Part shown: piece after piece, positions 60,849 to 64,000 of the stretch
How positions within the stretch are numbered: position 1 is the first letter of the stretch
How the letters are laid out: each line of letters begins with the position of its first letter
Source of the DNA: Sedimentisphaerales bacterium
GTDB taxonomy: Bacteria > Planctomycetota > Phycisphaerae > Sedimentisphaerales > SM23-30
Direction: 5' to 3' (one strand)
NCBI GenBank assembly: GCA_963666285.1
Contig: OY762711.1
Length of the DNA: 64,000 nucleotides
Translations under genes and position numbers: made by a program
Notes under the pieces: model-generated
What the model saw: only the letters and a program-made list of their open reading frames with translations
Database searches by the model: none
Told to the model about the DNA's origin: nothing

Positions 60849-63800
60849 TTATTCCGGAATGGTGGCGAGGTCTGTGATTTCTGATGCCGATAAGGCAGAG
60901 TTATAAATTTTGACTTCGTCAATGAGTCCGTCAAAAGGAAATGTGTATGAAGGGTGAATTCCAATTGTCATTACACCCTGTTCGCCGTTATAAATTGTTC
61001 CAGCATGTTGAACCTGCCCAGACAGTTGTCCGTTAATGTAAATGTTCAAATACTGACCGTCATAGGTTTCAGCGATATGGGTCCACTGGCCGACTGTTAC
61101 CGACTCTGTAGAATATGCCGAAACGCTTTGGTCAGGATCATTGTCAAACCTAAGCTGTGCCCGCCATTTATTGGTTACATAATCTGCAGTTAATGTCCAG
61201 GTGCCAGGCTGGTCACCTATTTGGCGATTGATTATAAACATTTTTTCGGAAAAAGATTCAGGTTTGACCCAGGCAGTTATAGTTATTTGCTTCTGAATAT
61301 TTAATGAACTGTTAGGCTCCTCAACTATAAGATAATTGCCATTATCCAATTCAAAATCCAGGCAACTACCGAAATAACTGTCATTTGTGTTCCATTGAGG
61401 AAGATCAGCTCCAGGTGCAGCAGTTCCCATAATGCAATTATTACCAAATCCGGTGGAGTCGGGTGCAACAGTACCAGAGGATTCATTCATTGGCCAGCAA
61501 CCAACAAGCGGCATGCCGGCAAGGGCCTGAATTTTACCGTCGGATAAAGCATAATTGCAGATTCTGACATCATCGATAGAGCCATTGAAGAAGCCTGTAG
61601 CACTATAATCTTCCGAATCAATTTTTGGATAATAGGCACCAATCAGAACATTTCCTATCAATTCGGTATTGATAACAGCATCCAGTTCGGAACTGTTGGT
61701 GGATACCTCAACGCCATCGACATAAAATATTACCTGGTTGATATTGTCAGCATCCTCCGGCAGTACAACTGCAACATGATGCCAGAGACCGTCTTCGAGG
61801 TCAGGACCACCGATTAGACGAGCCCCCCAGATGGCCAGGGCAAGCTGACCTGTAGTTTCGTTGATCATAACAACCCACTTTTTGCAAAGGTCATTTTCGT
61901 CTCCTTTTCCCCATGATGTAATGATATAAGTATTCTGGTCAGAATTTGTAAGATCTTCATCCAGCTTAATCCAGGCAGCAACAGAGCGAGAATAACTGCC
62001 GGGGATGCCCTGATAGCCTTCGATTTCGACATAGTCATCAATGCCGTCGAAATTGAGACAATTATTGATTATGCCAGGGACCCAATTGGGCTCGCCGTGG
62101 ATAGTGCCATTGATCTGGTATTCAGAAGAATCGTATGCTATTGAGCCAGAGTCTTCATCGAAAGGCCAGTAAAGCTCATCAATATCTGAAGGCGGTATAT
62201 AGCCGCCCAGCCACTGATCGACGAAAATCAACATATCTGAGATGTCTATACTGCCAGAGCCATCAAAATCAGCAAATGTTGAATAAGATGAATCATTTTT
62301 ACCTGAAAGCCAGGCAGGAGCAAACATAGAGAAGTCAGTCAGGTTAACAATAGAGTCACTGTTCATATCGGGTACGCCAGACTGCCAGGCGAGTATTGGA
62401 TAGCTATTAGCAGACATTTGCCAGATGTCATCAGTGCCGTTGGCGGTTTCGCCGACGAAGTCCCATCCTGCATCGAGGAAGGTGTTGATGTCGAATGTGC
62501 CGTCAATGATAGCAGGTAAGCTAAAGAGTTCATGAGAAATAATTCTATCATTATAATGGCTAAAACCATCATTTGAAATAAAATAAGAATTTATCAACGT
62601 ACCATAATAAAAGTTAGCAGTACAAGCAGATCTACGACCTACTTTCGAAATAGGGACAGGGCAGGAAGTGTAGCAATTTATAATAGTGGCCTTAGGTTCA
62701 GGATCCAAATTGAAATTATACCCCAGGTAGCCACAAATGCCGCCACCGGTGACATTACCAGTTACATAACATTGGCTGATGGTGCAGATGTTATTTGCAT
62801 TATCGGCAGAACCGCAAATACCGCCAGTATATACAGAATCTGATGAAGAAATAGAAGCATTTTCCAACCCAATTTTCATAACGATCGCATCCGGCCCTAA
62901 CCTGCCAAATAAGCCGCAATGAGAAATACCATTAATAGTTAAATTATATATAATATGTTCGTTGCCATCAAAAATACCGTTGTATACAGGGCCATCAAAA
63001 ATATTTGAAAGATTTGTATCATCCGTATCAGGTGCTATTGGCGCTCCGGAGTATTGAATGCCAGTGAGGTCTATATTGCACATTAGTTTGGTATGGATAC
63101 CTTCGGCCCAATAATCAACATCGTGATAATTGGGATCAGAGAAGGTAAGAAAGTTAGCCATATTCTGAATCAGGAATGGGTCGGATTCTGTGCCAGTTCC
63201 TTCGAGTGGTACTATCACCCCCAAAGAAACGATAAAGTTAACTTGAGTGCCTGAAGCAACAGCAGAATCTGCCTCCGGTATCTGTGAGATGATAAAGTTT
63301 TTTGTTATAATCGTATCGCAGGCATAAGATATGTTACCGACAGTCAGTCCTGCGTTTGTGATAGCTATCTGGGCTTCAGCTTGAGTAAGTCCGGACAAAT
63401 CAGGAACTGTTAGCCAAGGACCGAGTGAAACGACCAAATCAACAGATGTGTCGGCAGCTACTTTGGAAAGAGCAGTTGGAGATTGGTTTACAACGTGGCC
63501 AACAGCTATAGTATCACTATTTATATAAGAAATGCCACCGACAGTCAAATCAGTATCAATAATCATTTGACTGGCATTTTCAATGGTTAAGTCAACAACG
63601 TCAGGAACAATCGACCATGGGCCAAGTGAAATAACCAGGTTAACAGCGGATAATGGCGGAGCTAACTTTTCAGCAGCAGGAAAAGAGCCGCTAATAAAGC
63701 CTTCCGGTATGACATCATCAGATTGATAAGATATAACACCTACACTAAAACCAGAACCGGTAATCAACGCCTCTGCCTGTATTAGAGATAAACCCGTGAT

Positions 63801-64000
63801 ATCAGGTACTGTCACCCAGTTAGATTTGTCCTGCCATGATAAAGCTGGATAACCGTTCATGAACCATATTTGCTCGGTTCCATTGGCGGTTTCGCCGAAG
63901 AAGTCCCATCCTGCAGAGAGGAATGTGTTTGTATCTTGCATATCGGATGTGGTAAGACCCTGAACGTTGGTAATTGTTCCACTATTTAGATTGTATCCAA
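60849..64000 (-). CDS. Large multidomain surface protein (GLUG-like repeat region, three PASTA domains, dockerin-like, two LamG domains); 5' end outside window
   Basis: Frame is open from 63941 to the window end; VPDITGLS/VPDVVDLT/VPDLSGLT PASTA repeats, AGWDF.GETANGT..IW twice, DMNSDSIVNLTDF..F...WL, WHHVAVV and WTHIAETYDG LamG motifs. Confidence 0.85.
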   Translation of the reverse strand, partial: GYNLNSGTITNVQGLTTSDMQDTNTFLSAGWDFFGETANGTEQIWFMNGYPALSWQDKSNWVTVPDITGLSLIQAEALITGSGFSVGVISYQSDDVIPEGFISGSFPAAEKLAPPLSAVNLVISLGPWSIVPDVVDLTIENASQMIIDTDLTVGGISYINSDTIAVGHVVNQSPTALSKVAADTSVDLVVSLGPWLTVPDLSGLTQAEAQIAITNAGLTVGNISYACDTIITKNFIISQIPEADSAVASGTQVNFIVSLGVIVPLEGTGTESDPFLIQNMANFLTFSDPNYHDVDYWAEGIHTKLMCNIDLTGIQYSGAPIAPDTDDTNLSNIFDGPVYNGIFDGNEHIIYNLTINGISHCGLFGRLGPDAIVMKIGLENASISSSDSVYTGGICGSADNANNICTISQCYVTGNVTGGGICGYLGYNFNLDPEPKATIINCYTSCPVPISKVGRRSACTANFYYGTLINSYFISNDGFSHYNDRIISHELFSLPAIIDGTFDINTFLDAGWDFVGETANGTDDIWQMSANSYPILAWQSGVPDMNSDSIVNLTDFSMFAPAWLSGKNDSSYSTFADFDGSGSIDISDMLIFVDQWLGGYIPPSDIDELYWPFDEDSGSIAYDSSEYQINGTIHGEPNWVPGIINNCLNFDGIDDYVEIEGYQGIPGSYSRSVAAWIKLDEDLTNSDQNTYIITSWGKGDENDLCKKWVVMINETTGQLALAIWGARLIGGPDLEDGLWHHVAVVLPEDADNINQVIFYVDGVEVSTNSSELDAVINTELIGNVLIGAYYPKIDSEDYSATGFFNGSIDDVRICNYALSDGKIQALAGMPLVGCWPMNESSGTVAPDSTGFGNNCIMGTAAPGADLPQWNTNDSYFGSCLDFELDNGNYLIVEEPNSSLNIQKQITITAWVKPESFSEKMFIINRQIGDQPGTWTLTADYVTNKWRAQLRFDNDPDQSVSAYSTESVTVGQWTHIAETYDGQYLNIYINGQLSGQVQHAGTIYNGEQGVMTIGIHPSYTFPFDGLIDEVKIYNSALSASEITDLATIPE

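Overview
Bacterial chromosomal window. The gene content (DUF1559-type prepilins, PEP-CTERM protein, dockerin/LamG/PASTA secreted proteins, zinc-finger Ser/Thr kinase) points to Planctomycetota, probably Phycisphaerae/Sedimentisphaerales; this is an inference. Layout: (1) 1-7 kb sugar catabolism (NahK/APH-like kinase, Tat-exported Hyi-like TIM barrel, GH127, Tat-exported Gfo/Idh/MocA). (2) 7.6-15 kb padR pair, rodA, hybrid histidine kinase with a convergent atypical LuxR regulator, birA. (3) 15-37.8 kb accessory region, all long ORFs on the + strand: IS66 remnant, tRNA 3' fragment, an AT-rich kinase-prepilin-giant TSP3 protein operon, a repeat-flanked exonuclease, a complete IS110/IS1111 element, two restriction-like nucleases, a K+ channel, and LamG/prepilin/PEP-CTERM genes sharing upstream motifs. 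(4) S1-domain protein and rimO, then a 13-gene sugar-modification cluster with four radical SAM enzymes. (5) NrdR-controlled class II RNR, PP2C phosphatase and a partial multidomain surface protein. Best candidates for undescribed biology: the four-radical-SAM/transketolase glycosylation cluster, the kinase-pilin-adhesin operon with a thrice-repeated CRYD domain, and the IS1111-type element inserted at a repeat that brackets a cassette-like gene. All calls come from reading motifs by eye; no database search was run.
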